From contig NC_058368.1 in NCBI RefSeq assembly GCF_018350175.1, positions 86,864,001-86,928,000 on the forward strand: a stretch of DNA of 64,000 bases. Reading direction: 5' to 3'. The notes beneath the pieces are model-generated. The model did not search any database, was not told the DNA's origin, and saw only the letters and a program-made list of their open reading frames with translations. The DNA is from Felis catus. Its lineage: Eukaryota. Of the stretch, positions 54,108-63,800 are shown in pieces (positions within the stretch are counted from its first letter, which is position 1; every line of letters starts with the position of its first letter). A program made the position numbers and the translations under genes.

Positions 54108-55031
54108 ATGAATAACAGCATTGTAACTGAGTTTATGATTCTGGGACTTACCCAAAATCCTGAACTGCAGGGAGTTCTCTTCATTGTCTTTCTCTGCATC
54201 TACCTTGTGGCCTTTTTTGGCAATGGCCTAATTATCATTGTTATAATCTATAATACCACCTTGCATACGCCCATGTATGTGTTCCTCCTGGCACTAGCTA
54301 TTGTGGATATCATCTGTACAACAAGCATTATACCAAAGATGCTGGGGACCATGCTAACATCAGGAAAGAGTATTTCATATGGAAGCTGCATGTCCCAGCT
54401 CTTCTTCTTCACGTGGTCATTGGGGGCTGAGATGGTACTCTTCACCACAATGGCCTATGACCGTTATGTGGCCATCTGTTTTCCTCTTCGCTACAGCACT
54501 ATTATGAACCACCATATGTGTGTGGCCTTGCTTAGCATTGCCATGGTTATTGCAGTAACCAATTCCTGGGTACACACAGGTCTCATCCTGAACCTGACTT
54601 TCTGTGGGCCAAATAACATTGACCACTTCTTCTGTGAGATACCCCCACTGCTCTCTTTGTCCTGCAGTCCTGTGAGAATTAATGAGGTGATGGTATATGT
54701 TGCTGATATTTCCCTGGCCATAGGTGACTTCAGCCTCACCTGCCTGTCTTATGGTTTTATCATTGCTGCCATTCTCCGCATCCGCACAGCAGAAGGCAAG
54801 AGGAAGGCTTTTTCAACATGTTCATCCCACCTCATAGTTGTGTCCCTTTACTACTGCCCTGTAATCTACACATATATCCGCCCTGCTTCCAGCTACTCAT
54901 TTGAAAGGGACAAGGTGATAGCTGCACTATATACTCTTGTGACCCCAACATTAAACCCAATTGTGTATAGTTTACGAAACAAGGAGATGCAGACAGGGAT
55001 TCAGAAAGTCTTTGCATTTTTGAAACATTAG
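54108..55031 (+). CDS. OR13G1: olfactory receptor 13G1 orthologue, 307 aa, intact single-exon CDS
   Basis: ATG at 54108, TAG at 55029-55031. OR motifs LHTPMY, MAYDRYVAIC, HFFCEIPPLL, KAFSTCSSHL, PTLNPIVYSLRN. Stretches FTWSLGAEMVLFTT, CSPVRINEVMVYVAD and the C-terminal KVFAFLKH match human OR13G1 as recalled. Confidence 0.93.
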   Translation: MNNSIVTEFMILGLTQNPELQGVLFIVFLCIYLVAFFGNGLIIIVIIYNTTLHTPMYVFLLALAIVDIICTTSIIPKMLGTMLTSGKSISYGSCMSQLFFFTWSLGAEMVLFTTMAYDRYVAICFPLRYSTIMNHHMCVALLSIAMVIAVTNSWVHTGLILNLTFCGPNNIDHFFCEIPPLLSLSCSPVRINEVMVYVADISLAIGDFSLTCLSYGFIIAAILRIRTAEGKRKAFSTCSSHLIVVSLYYCPVIYTYIRPASSYSFERDKVIAALYTLVTPTLNPIVYSLRNKEMQTGIQKVFAFLKH

Positions 55032-55213
55032 TGGTTTCACAAGAGAATGTCAACTCTCTATTCTAGAATCATCTCCTAGAACATCTTAGATTTTACTGAT
55101 CATTTATAGGTACTTCCTTCCCAAATTTCCCTACTCCCTCTTCGGAGTGAGAATGATTCATTCCACTGCAAATCACTTTCTTTGCTCCTCATTTCTAAAA
55201 TGCACTTATTTCT

Positions 55214-55428
55214 GGAGCATCTGGTGACTCAATTAGCTAAGCCTCTGGCTCTTGGTTTTGGCTCAGGTCGTGATCTCACAGTTACGTGGGTGTGAGCCCC
55301 CGCGTTGGGCTCTGTGCTGACAGTGAGGATCCTGCTTGGGATTCTCTGTCTCCTTCTTTCTGTGCCACTCTCCCATCATGCTGTCTCTGCCTTTCTTAAA
55401 GTAAAATAAACTCTAAAAAAATTAAAAT
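55214..55428 (+). mobile_element. CAN-SINE in the presumed OR 3' UTR
   Basis: SINEC body; TSD AAAATGCACTTATTTCT (55197-55213) / AAAATTCACTTAGTTCT (55429-55445). Confidence 0.92.
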
Positions 55429-55722
55429 AAAATTCACTTAGTTCTTACCATTTCACTACTGATTTATACTCCTCACTCCACATATTTCTAAATTACTTTC
55501 ATTCTGAAAACTTTCACAACTACTCCCAGTAAATGTAAAGTGTTTATCTTATTCCTATTCTATTCTGGGCTACCTCATTGTCTCCACAATTTTATATTTT
55601 TAGTTTAACAATGTGTAAAATGTAGTATATATACCATCTCAAATATATAACATGATATATATCCCAAAATATTTCTAGAATATATATGTATCTTCTCATT
55701 CTCATTTATGCCTGTGTACAAG

Positions 55723-55746
55723 CATTTGCCTGTAGGCACAAACATC

Positions 55747-55779
<33 letters not shown>

Positions 55780-55829
55780 ATACAATATATACAATAGCAT
55801 ACATATATATGTGTATATATATATACATA

Positions 55830-55866
<37 letters not shown>

Positions 55867-55887
55867 GATGTTTGTGCCTACAGGCAA

Positions 55888-55890
<3 letters not shown>
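55723..55890. repeat. inverted repeat (palindrome) with a (TA)n/(CA)n/(TG)n interior
   Basis: CATTTGCCTGTAGGCACAAACATC (55723-55746) is the exact reverse complement of 55867-55890. Confidence 0.95.
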
Positions 55891-55919
<29 letters not shown>

Positions 55920-56166
55920 GCACATACATTCACAAAGAAAGATTACTTCTAATATTATGAAACTAGTCTGAATAAAATCATGTCTATTTCAATATATAAG
56001 AAAATATATGGCATTACTGCGAGACTTATTTGTGACACAGACAGTACAATTTTCCCTTGAAATCAGTTATAATTAAGGTTCTACATAAAATCATATTAAT
56101 ATATTTCTTTTATTAATTTGATAATATATTTGTTTCCCTTACCTTATGTTCATCTGTTTTGTCTCT

Positions 56167-56359
56167 TAAAGTCCTAAGAGACAGAGACAAAGTGCAAGTG
56201 AGGAAAGGGGAAAGAGAGAGGGAGAAAGAGAATTCCAAACAGGTTCCACATTGTCAGCACAGAATCTGATGTGGGGCTTGATCTCACAAACCATGATATC
56301 ATGACCTGAGCCAAAACCAAGAGTTGGATGCTTAACTGACTGAACCACCCAGGCACCCC
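56167..56359 (-). mobile_element. CAN-SINE
   Basis: GGGTGCCTGGGTGGTTCAGTCAGTTAAGCATCC head on the minus strand. Confidence 0.9.
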
Positions 56360-56639
56360 AGTAATTGTATTTTTAACAAGAGCAATATAAGTAAATATGT
56401 CTCCATGTTTTTGAAATCTTATTTAATTCTTCATGATTAGTGAATAGATAAATAAGAAAGATACAATGTCAATGACTTCAATTTGTAAGATTTTTGACAG
56501 CACAAATCTAGGCAATGATCTTTAACATTTGCTGAAAACTTCAAAATACAGAGAACCACATATATAGATCACCGTCACCAAAAAAAAAAATGACAATAAC
56601 ATCAAAATTTACATCTAAGAATAAATTTATGATAATAAC

Positions 56640-56880
56640 AGCAATTTGAGGACAATGGCACCATGAATATACATCAAACAAAATCCAGACTGAGGGAAAC
56701 TCTTCACTATAAACTATCCAGTTTCTTCAACAATAATAAAATGTAGATTTTAAAATAAAATAAAAAGATACAGGCAAACCTATAAAACAAAAATATTTAG
56801 AACAATTATCAACCAATTGCAAAGTAGTTCTTTATTTATAGCCTAATTCAGACAAACACATTTTATAACATATAAATAAA
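56640..56880 (+). mobile_element. ancient L1 3' fragment (L1MC/ME-like)
   Basis: AAATCCAGACTGAGGGAAAC...CCAGTTTCTTCAACAA...TCAACCAATTGCAA...AATTCAGACAAAC pattern. Confidence 0.55.
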
Positions 56881-56904
56881 TTATAAAAATATCAACTTGA
56901 CACT

Positions 56905-57586
56905 AGGAAGATGGCAGAGCCTTCAGATCATTTTCTGGGTAATTTACTCTTGCCTTCTCCTATAGATACAACTAGATAACACTTACAGTGTAAATAATGC
57001 AGAAAATGATCTGAAGACTGACAGAACAAACTCCACAGCTAACAGTGGAAAAGACACCACATTAAAGAGGGTAGGAAAGGAGGAGGCATGGAGGGGAATT
57101 AAAAGGGTCCTGTCCATCTGTGGCGGGGAGGGAAACAGGGGCATGGAGAAAGGCAAAGAACAGACCATAAGACCAAGGAACCGACTGGGAGAAGACAAAG
57201 TCCCATAATATTTGGCTTTGAAAGTGAGAGGGGCCAAATTTCCTGACTTCTTACAACCAGCTTGGCTTAAAGCCTGGAATTTTAAGTATCAGTGGACTTG
57301 GCTTCTTAAAGAGAGCAATAGGAAGCTGAAACTCCACCCTTAAAGAGACAGCACAAAAAACAGCCCATGGAAACAGCATAGAAGCTATGGGGCGTATGAG
57401 AGGGAGAATTATTTACTCTTTTCAGAGTGTATACCAGAGAGGCAGTGATACACCTAAAATGTGGGAGAGGGTGGAGAGAAGTAAAGAATGATTTCGTGCT
57501 TCAGCAACCATCAACTTAATATAGGCTGCTACCTACAGAAGATGTTATATACGAACTAAATGGTAACCACAAATCAAAAACAATAA
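56905..57586 (+). mobile_element. older L1: 5' UTR joined to the inter-ORF region; host of the provirus
   Basis: AGGAAGATGGCAGAG start, 5' UTR homologous to 21267, then inter-ORF sequence AATGGTAACCACAAATCAAAAACAATAA. Confidence 0.75.
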
Positions 57587-58075
57587 TGTGGGAAATCAAA
57601 TAGCTACATCCTGGTTTAGGAGATTATAGGGAATACAATGCAAAACAGAACACTGTTTTCTGGCCTTGCTGCAAACAGCAGGCAATGTGTCGCTTATCCA
57701 GTTAATGTATATCTAGGGGGCACTCACTTTTCTTACCTGGCTAGTGTATATCTAGGGGTTACGTCCTGCTTGTGATCATAAATCCCTTAGACCATAGACA
57801 GGTCTAAGACCTGTCTAAAGATCTTAGAAAGAATAAAATATTATCCTGTCTTAACTTGTTTTTCTCACATTTTGTATACATTCTTACTGGCACACAGCCC
57901 ACTTATGTATTGCACATTGTTTCCCTAAATGTATGCTTAATAAATATGGGACCCTGAGAACAGCTTGGGGAGATTCCCTTTAGCCTCCCTCGCACCTCTT
58001 GACTTGCATGGAGTCTTGAGTAATCTTTTCCACCATCCTTGGCTTTGCTGGACAAAGCCAAAAGCCAAACCCACA
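57587..58075 (+). mobile_element. 5' LTR of a betaretrovirus-like (class II/ERVK-type) provirus, 489 bp
   Basis: Termini TGTGGG...CCCACA, AATAAA near 57939, followed by a PBS and gag; a second copy lies at 63801-64000 (-). Confidence 0.88.
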
Positions 58076-58077
58076 AC

Positions 58078-58097
58078 TGGTGGCCCCAATGTGATAG
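58078..58097 (+). promoter_or_regulatory. degenerate primer-binding site, tRNA-Lys type
   Basis: TGGTGGCCCCAATGTG 2 nt after the LTR end, compared with the Lys1,2 PBS TGGCGCCCAACGTG (CpG decay plus small insertions). Confidence 0.65.
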
Positions 58098-58381
58098 CAA
58101 TAGCTTTGAGGGGAAGACTTTCAGGCAGCAGAATCCACACATTCAAGGAGAAGAAAGTGAAACTGTCCAGACTTCAAACAGACCTCATCTTGGTAAGGGA
58201 CAGCAATACTCACGATGCAAATATTGCGCAAGTCTATCATTCAGAATTTGAGAGGCAAAGACTTTCTCAGACAATCAAAAACTAAAGGAGCCCATGACCA
58301 CTGAACCAGTACTAAAAGAAACAGTGGGGATAGCTACCAACCCATCTAGTTTTCAGAGTATTGCTTTTCTCTTTCTTTACC

Positions 58382-59177
58382 GTGGGCCAAAAATGACAGG
58401 GAAACAGTTATTATACTTAAAAATTTTACAGCAGCTTTTAAGGTGGCCAATTTTACTGTTACAAAAGATAAATTAAGTAAATTGTTATGAACAATACAAA
58501 ACATCTGCCCCTGGTTCCCCGAACATGGTACAGTTGATTTAGATCTATGGGAACAAGTGAGAAGAAATTTAAAAGAAAAACATGAAAAAGGAGCGAAGGT
58601 TCCTGCTTCCATTTTAGTGACCTGGAGTTTAGTCCATATGACATTATGTCCATTACATGTAACTGCAGAGAAGAAAAAATTCAGAAAGAAAGCCTAACAC
58701 CCACCTCTCCTATGGCACCTCCTATAGTGGAGGATGACTCCCCTTTGTCACCTCCTCCTGTCCCTATTCCTCCTGATCGCTTAAAGCCAATACCTATATC
58801 GGAGGGACATAAGCCTTCAGTTATGCAGAAATGTTTACGAGAAGGATATGCTGCTGGGGAGTTTCATACATTCTCCATCATTACCACTGCTGGACATCAA
58901 CCTAGGCATGTGTCCCTCCCTTTCACTGTCTTTTAGGAATTGAAGTGAAATGTTGCTGAGAAGAGTATCCAAAGCTGCTTTACTAAGGGCATAATTGAAG
59001 CAATAGGATGTGGATATGAAATTAACTCTTGGGATTGAAAGACATTAACAAAAACCATACTTTTCCCTCTTCAGCATGCTGTATGGACTTTAGAAATCAA
59101 GAGGGTTGCACCACACAGCCAATGCATAATCAAGATTTGGGTATTCCGATAGGAGTAGAAATACTACAGGGATTTCA
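58382..59177 (+). pseudogene. gag: betaretroviral gag remnant (MA, late-domain region, N-terminal CA)
   Basis: GTG GGC CAA AAA (mutated MGQK start); CPWFPEHGTVDLDLWEQV at 58506 (cf. HERV-K CPWFPEQGTLDLKDW); PMAPP; SVMQKCLREG; LPFTVF*ELK; FTKGIIEAIG; WD*KTLTKTILSP. Frameshifts and stops. Confidence 0.88.
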
Positions 59178-62045
59178 GTTTTGTGTTTTTGTTTTTGTTT
59201 TTGTTTTTGTTTTTGTTTTTGTTTTTGTTTTTCATCTGCACTCTGAGCCAGTGCAAACTTAATGAATACTTTCTCTTTTCTTCTTTTACTCTTATTTCAG
59301 GGAGCTTTTGAGGAGTATGGTCTTATTGGAACACTTTCATGTCAATTGTTCAGGCTGCAATCCTCTAGCCCATGGCGACTCTATTTGGAGGAGAAGACCT
59401 GCCTTTTGGATGGAAGTTAGTACCTTGGCCAGCCTGGTAATAAGACTCAGAAAGTTGACGCCCTGTCTTTATTCCTGTCCTTATACAAAGTTGTCTTTCT
59501 TGGGCATGGGACAGCACTCTAAGTGAGTAGCGCAGCTGCCAATATTAAGACTCTCATGTAAGGTTCCCTCCTCATATGTTTAACATGATCCCTTTCACAT
59601 CTCTAGTTGGCCCACTTCTGGCCACAGGACCTCCACTGGAAGCTGGCTGAAACCAGCACCTGGTTCAATTAAAAACCCAACCTAACTTTCCAACCTAGGA
59701 AGTTGGCTGTAAAGACTCCATGTGTCTCCATGTGTAGGAATGTCACTTAGATCATGATGGATTTCTAGCTTTACTGTTTTCTAACAATGTCCTCTACCAA
59801 CTACCTAAATTACAAAATTGGGTAACACCCCTTTGTAAAACTTTTCCAGTGTTTTCCATAGGTTAAAAACAGTAGTCAGTAGTTTCTTCTCTGCCTTCTT
59901 TTAACTTTTTTTTATTAGTTTTCTTTATTTTTGAGAGGCAGAGAGAGACAGAGTGTGAGTGGGGGAGGGGCAGAGAGAGGGAGACACAGAATCTGAAGCA
60001 GGTTCCAGGCTTTAAGCTGTCAGCACAGAGCCCGATGCAGGGCCCAAACTCAAGAACCATGAGATCATGACCTGAGCTGAAGTCGGATGCTCAACCAACT
60101 GAGCCACCCAGACACCCCTCTTCTCTGCCTTCTTAGCAAGGTCTCTCTCTAGGAGGACCATAGGAACTTCTCTTTAGTCCCCAAAGAGTCTCCCTTGGGA
60201 TGCCTTTTTAACTGACTGGAAACAATTTGTATTACAAAATTTAGGAAAGAACTAATCTCCTATAAAACTGAATGGCTACAGTAGGATCTATCAGTTAGAT
60301 CTCTTCTGCAGGAAACAGGGCAAATCGATGGAGGTACCGTAGTTCCAGGCCTTCACAGCTCCAAATCAGGACCCAGACCTAAGGGCCTCTTGCAGAATAT
60401 GTTTGCCCAAATGTATTTGCCTACTAAACTCCCATATTGGATGTCTAAATAAGCCTCCCCCAAATAAATCCAGGTTGCTGGAGGAAACACAGGACATCCC
60501 TAACAACGGGGATGCTGGCTGTTTCTCTCTGTTCTTCCTTCTAATAAATGTGAGAGCTTCTCCCACATTCATTTTCCGGGTTAATGGCTATGATAATTAG
60601 AGCCAACTGTGGTTACTTTACCTCCAACAGGGACTTTAAGGAATATTCCCAAGCAGCTGATAAAACTCCATTTGTTTCAGAGAAATTCGCTGCCTTCTCC
60701 AGCCTGACATGGACTGCCTAATTCCACTAGCTGGGAAACAAAACAAAGCAAACACCTGGCATCTGCTCCTCTGTCTGAGCTGACAAGGTTTAGAACCAGA
60801 AATCCTTTTTCTCTGCACCCTGGGCTTTTATCTGCTTCCAGGCCTCTTGACAGAACCTCACCTCTTCAGTTTCCCCCAACCTGCACAGTTTCTGCACCAC
60901 CTGGGGTGCAGCCTTTGTAACTGACCCCTCAGTGCCTCAGGCACTATTGACTCCTTCTCTAGTCCTCAATGTCAAGGAGCAAAGAGCACCCCCTTGGACT
61001 ACCTACTTCAGATTTTCCCACCTCTGTTTCAGGTAAAAACTGACAATGGGGAACAAATTGTCTTTTAAGTGGACACATTAGAATGTATTTGATATTTAAG
61101 CTAATTTGTTAGTTTGAGATTTACCTGTTTATCAGTATTAAATAAAATATGTTTTATTCTATCTAGGTTTGCTAAAGGTCAAATAAGTTCATGTTATTTC
61201 TATTGCAATTTGCAAAAAGATGACTTAGATTAATAGTTATTCTGTCTCAAAGTTTCACAAGTAATTAAGATAGATTTCAAATTCTTTGGTAACCTAAAAT
61301 TTTAAAGTTTTGTTTGTATGATAAATGGGATTGAGTTCATTGGACATCTAGGTCTTTTCTAAATAGAACGGAATTCTTAAAAAATTGATTACTGATATCT
61401 TATTGCAGAGAACTAATGCTATGTGGGTTTGTTGGTAAACATGCTTTGTGCTTCATTGATAAATTTTCCATCTTAAAAAGATTCTGGTGTAACAGTTCTC
61501 AACTAATTACCTAGTTTTCATTGGAGACTAAGGTTTCTAAGAGTTAAAATTCTGCTAAATGTAATTAAGGCTAATGTTAATAGAGAAAGGAACTCTGTAG
61601 GTAGGAAAGTAGGAGATATGTAAGGAAGATATAAGGAATGGAAACACACTTTTACTGAAGGTAAAATAAAGTAATATTGTCCTAAATGAGACTGGTTGTT
61701 TGGAGAGAAGTGGCTTGGGTCAAAATTTGAATGCAAAGGAAAATTGTAGAAGGTTCATGAAGGGAAATCTTTGGGAAGGAATTTTTATGTGTGTTTAGGA
61801 TGGACTAAGGTTGAAATGAATGGATTTTAAAAAGTACACTGGAATAAGGTTAAAATTCTGCTTTTCTCTCTGTTCAAAAGACAACATTTTCTTGGACTGT
61901 TGTTCTGCTCTTGACAAAAAATAATATGCAAAGGTCTTCTCTCTTTTGTCTGCTGGGAAAACCAAAGCTTATGTTTTCTCTTTTTCAGATCTTTGATTAC
62001 GTAGTTAAAACTTTTTTTAACGTTTAAGGAGCTAAGTTTTGCTAA
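59178..62045 (+). mobile_element. class I ERV-derived internal sequence replacing the middle of the class II provirus
   Basis: (TTTTTG)n at the left junction; class I gag MA remnants ESPLGCL..WKQF and QLDLFCRKQGKSMEVP*FQAF (60186-60360); then a long AT-rich non-coding internal-type tract. Confidence 0.65.
59901..60118 (-). mobile_element. CAN-SINE (feliform type)
   Basis: Perfect TSD TCTTCTCTGCCTTCTT at 59885-59900 and 60119-60134. Confidence 0.96.
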
Positions 62046-62048
62046 CAG

Positions 62049-62650
62049 CCATATAACCCTACCAAACAAGCTATTAGAATGTACGCATGCCACTTTAAGA
62101 CAAATGCTTCGTGGGACGCCTGGGTAGCTCAGTCAGTTAAGCGTCCAACTTCAGCTCAGGTCACCATCTCGCAGTCCATGAGCTCGAGCCCAACGTCGGG
62201 CTCTTGGCTGATGGCTCAGGGCCTGGAGCCTGCTTCCGATGCTGTGTCTCCCTCTCTCTCTGCCCCTCCCCCATTCATGCTCTGTCTCTCTCTGTCTCAA
62301 AACTAAATAAACATTAAAATTTTTTTAAATAAAAAAAAAGACAAATGCTTCGCAAACAAAAAAAGGGGAACCTACATAATGCCTCCCCTTGGAATTCACT
62401 ATTTAAAGACTTATACACTCTAAATTGTTTAAATTGTGATTCTCATAACTTGATAGATGCCAATCAGCATTTCGTGCCATCCCCTGTCTCAAATATCACA
62501 GCCAAGGTGCTACTTAAACACGTACAAGGTGATCATTCATGGAAAGGACCTTATGAACTGATAACATGGGGATGGGGATATGCATGTGTTCTTGTCCCAT
62601 CAGGATTGTACTGGGTTCCTGACTGTCTGATTAAACCATACCATGAGTTG
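62049..62650 (+). pseudogene. pol: betaretroviral integrase C-terminal remnant, interrupted by a SINE
   Basis: PYNPTKQAI..E.THATLRQMLRKQKKG, LYTLNCLN, WKGPYELITWGWGYACV...WVP...IKPY (class II WGRGYAC-type motif). Confidence 0.88.
62112..62337 (+). mobile_element. cat-type CAN-SINE
   Basis: Perfect TSD AAGACAAATGCTTCG at 62097-62111 and 62338-62352. Confidence 0.96.
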
Positions 62651-62681
62651 GAAGGATCAACCCTTCAACCTTCTTCCTCAG

Positions 62682-62729
62682 ATGGCCAATTTCTCCTTAC
62701 AAGACAACAGGGGAAACATTAAACACACA

Positions 62730-62779
<50 letters not shown>

Positions 62780-63060
62780 AGGACAGTGGGGGAGACCATG
62801 TCCCTGGACAACTAAGGCAAATGACATCATCTGGGGACAACTTAAGAAACTCAATCGACATGCACCAAAGTCATGTGCCATACCCAAGCACCACCCACCC
62901 CAGAAAACAGGTTTTTAGTATATTTAGCTGTGGTTTCCCAAATCTCGGCTAAGGTAACGATTTGCTTAATCTTTTTCTTTGTCCAGACCACTACTGTTTT
63001 TTCATCACTGTATTAGGCTCATATCATAGACTCCCCTTTCTTTAAGCCAGTTAAAATAAC
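62682..63060 (+). pseudogene. env: betaretroviral env leader/signal peptide and start of SU
   Basis: ATG at 62682; IIWGQLKKL (W at 62832); hydrophobic FLVYLAVVSQISAKVTICLIFFFV; Y*AHIIDSPFFKPV at 63011 (cf. class II SU YWAY.P.PP); (CA)n expansion at 62724-62776. Confidence 0.8.
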
Positions 63061-63084
63061 ACTTGATGACCCATACTATCTTTC

Positions 63085-63292
63085 TGGTTTGTTTTTTTTT
63101 TCAATAAATGAAATTTATTGTCAAATTAGTTTCCATACAACACCCAGTGCTCATCCCAAAAGGTGCCCTCTTCAATACTCATCACCCACCCTCCCCTCCC
63201 TCCCACCCCCCATCAACCCTCAGTATGTTCTCAGTTTTTAAGAGTCTCTTATGATTTGGCTCTCTCCCACTCTAACCTCTTTTTTTTCCCTT
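63085..63292 (-). mobile_element. cat-type L1 3' end, broken at an inversion breakpoint
   Basis: T tail followed by AAATTTATTGTCAAATTAGTTTCCATACAACACCCAGTGCTCATCCC, antisense to the L1 3' ends at about 34330 and 39150. Confidence 0.9.
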
Positions 63293-63351
63293 CTCTCTCT
63301 GCCGCTAACCCACTCGCATTGTGTGTCTGTGTCTCTCAAAAAAATATATAA

Positions 63352-63382
<31 letters not shown>

Positions 63383-63385
63383 ATA
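63293..63385 (+). mobile_element. 3' half of a CAN-SINE with (TAAA)n tail; 5' half missing
   Basis: CTCTCTCTGCCGCT...TGTCTCTCAAAAAA(TAAA)n with no tRNA-derived head. Confidence 0.75.
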
Positions 63386-63509
63386 TTGCTACCCTGGCTT
63401 TCTTTTGACATTCATTTGCATGATAAATGTTTATTCATGCCCTTACTTTCAATCTGGATGTGTCTCTAGGTCTGAAATGAGTATCATCTGGGCATCACAT
63501 AGATGAACC

Positions 63510-63554
<45 letters not shown>

Positions 63555-63794
63555 TTTGTGTATGTGTATATACACATAGATACACACTGTGTCATCCTAT
63601 GTCTTTTGATTGGAAAATGTGTCCACTTACACCCAATGTAATTTTTGATATGTATATATTTTCTGCCATTTTCAACTTGTTTTGTGGTTGTTTTTGTAGT
63701 TTTACTCTGATCCTTTTTTTATTTACTCTCTTTCATGATCTGCTAGTTTTATTTAATGATATACTTGGATGTTTTTCTCCTCTTTGCATATCTA
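63386..63794 (-). mobile_element. L1 inter-ORF region and ORF2 start; inverted continuation of the host L1 at 56905-57586; contains (TG)n
   Basis: Minus strand TAGATATGCAAAGAGG...TCCAAGTATATCA continues directly from ...CAAAAACAATAA at 57586; (TG)n at 63511-63565. Confidence 0.8.
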
Positions 63795-63800
63795 TTATTG

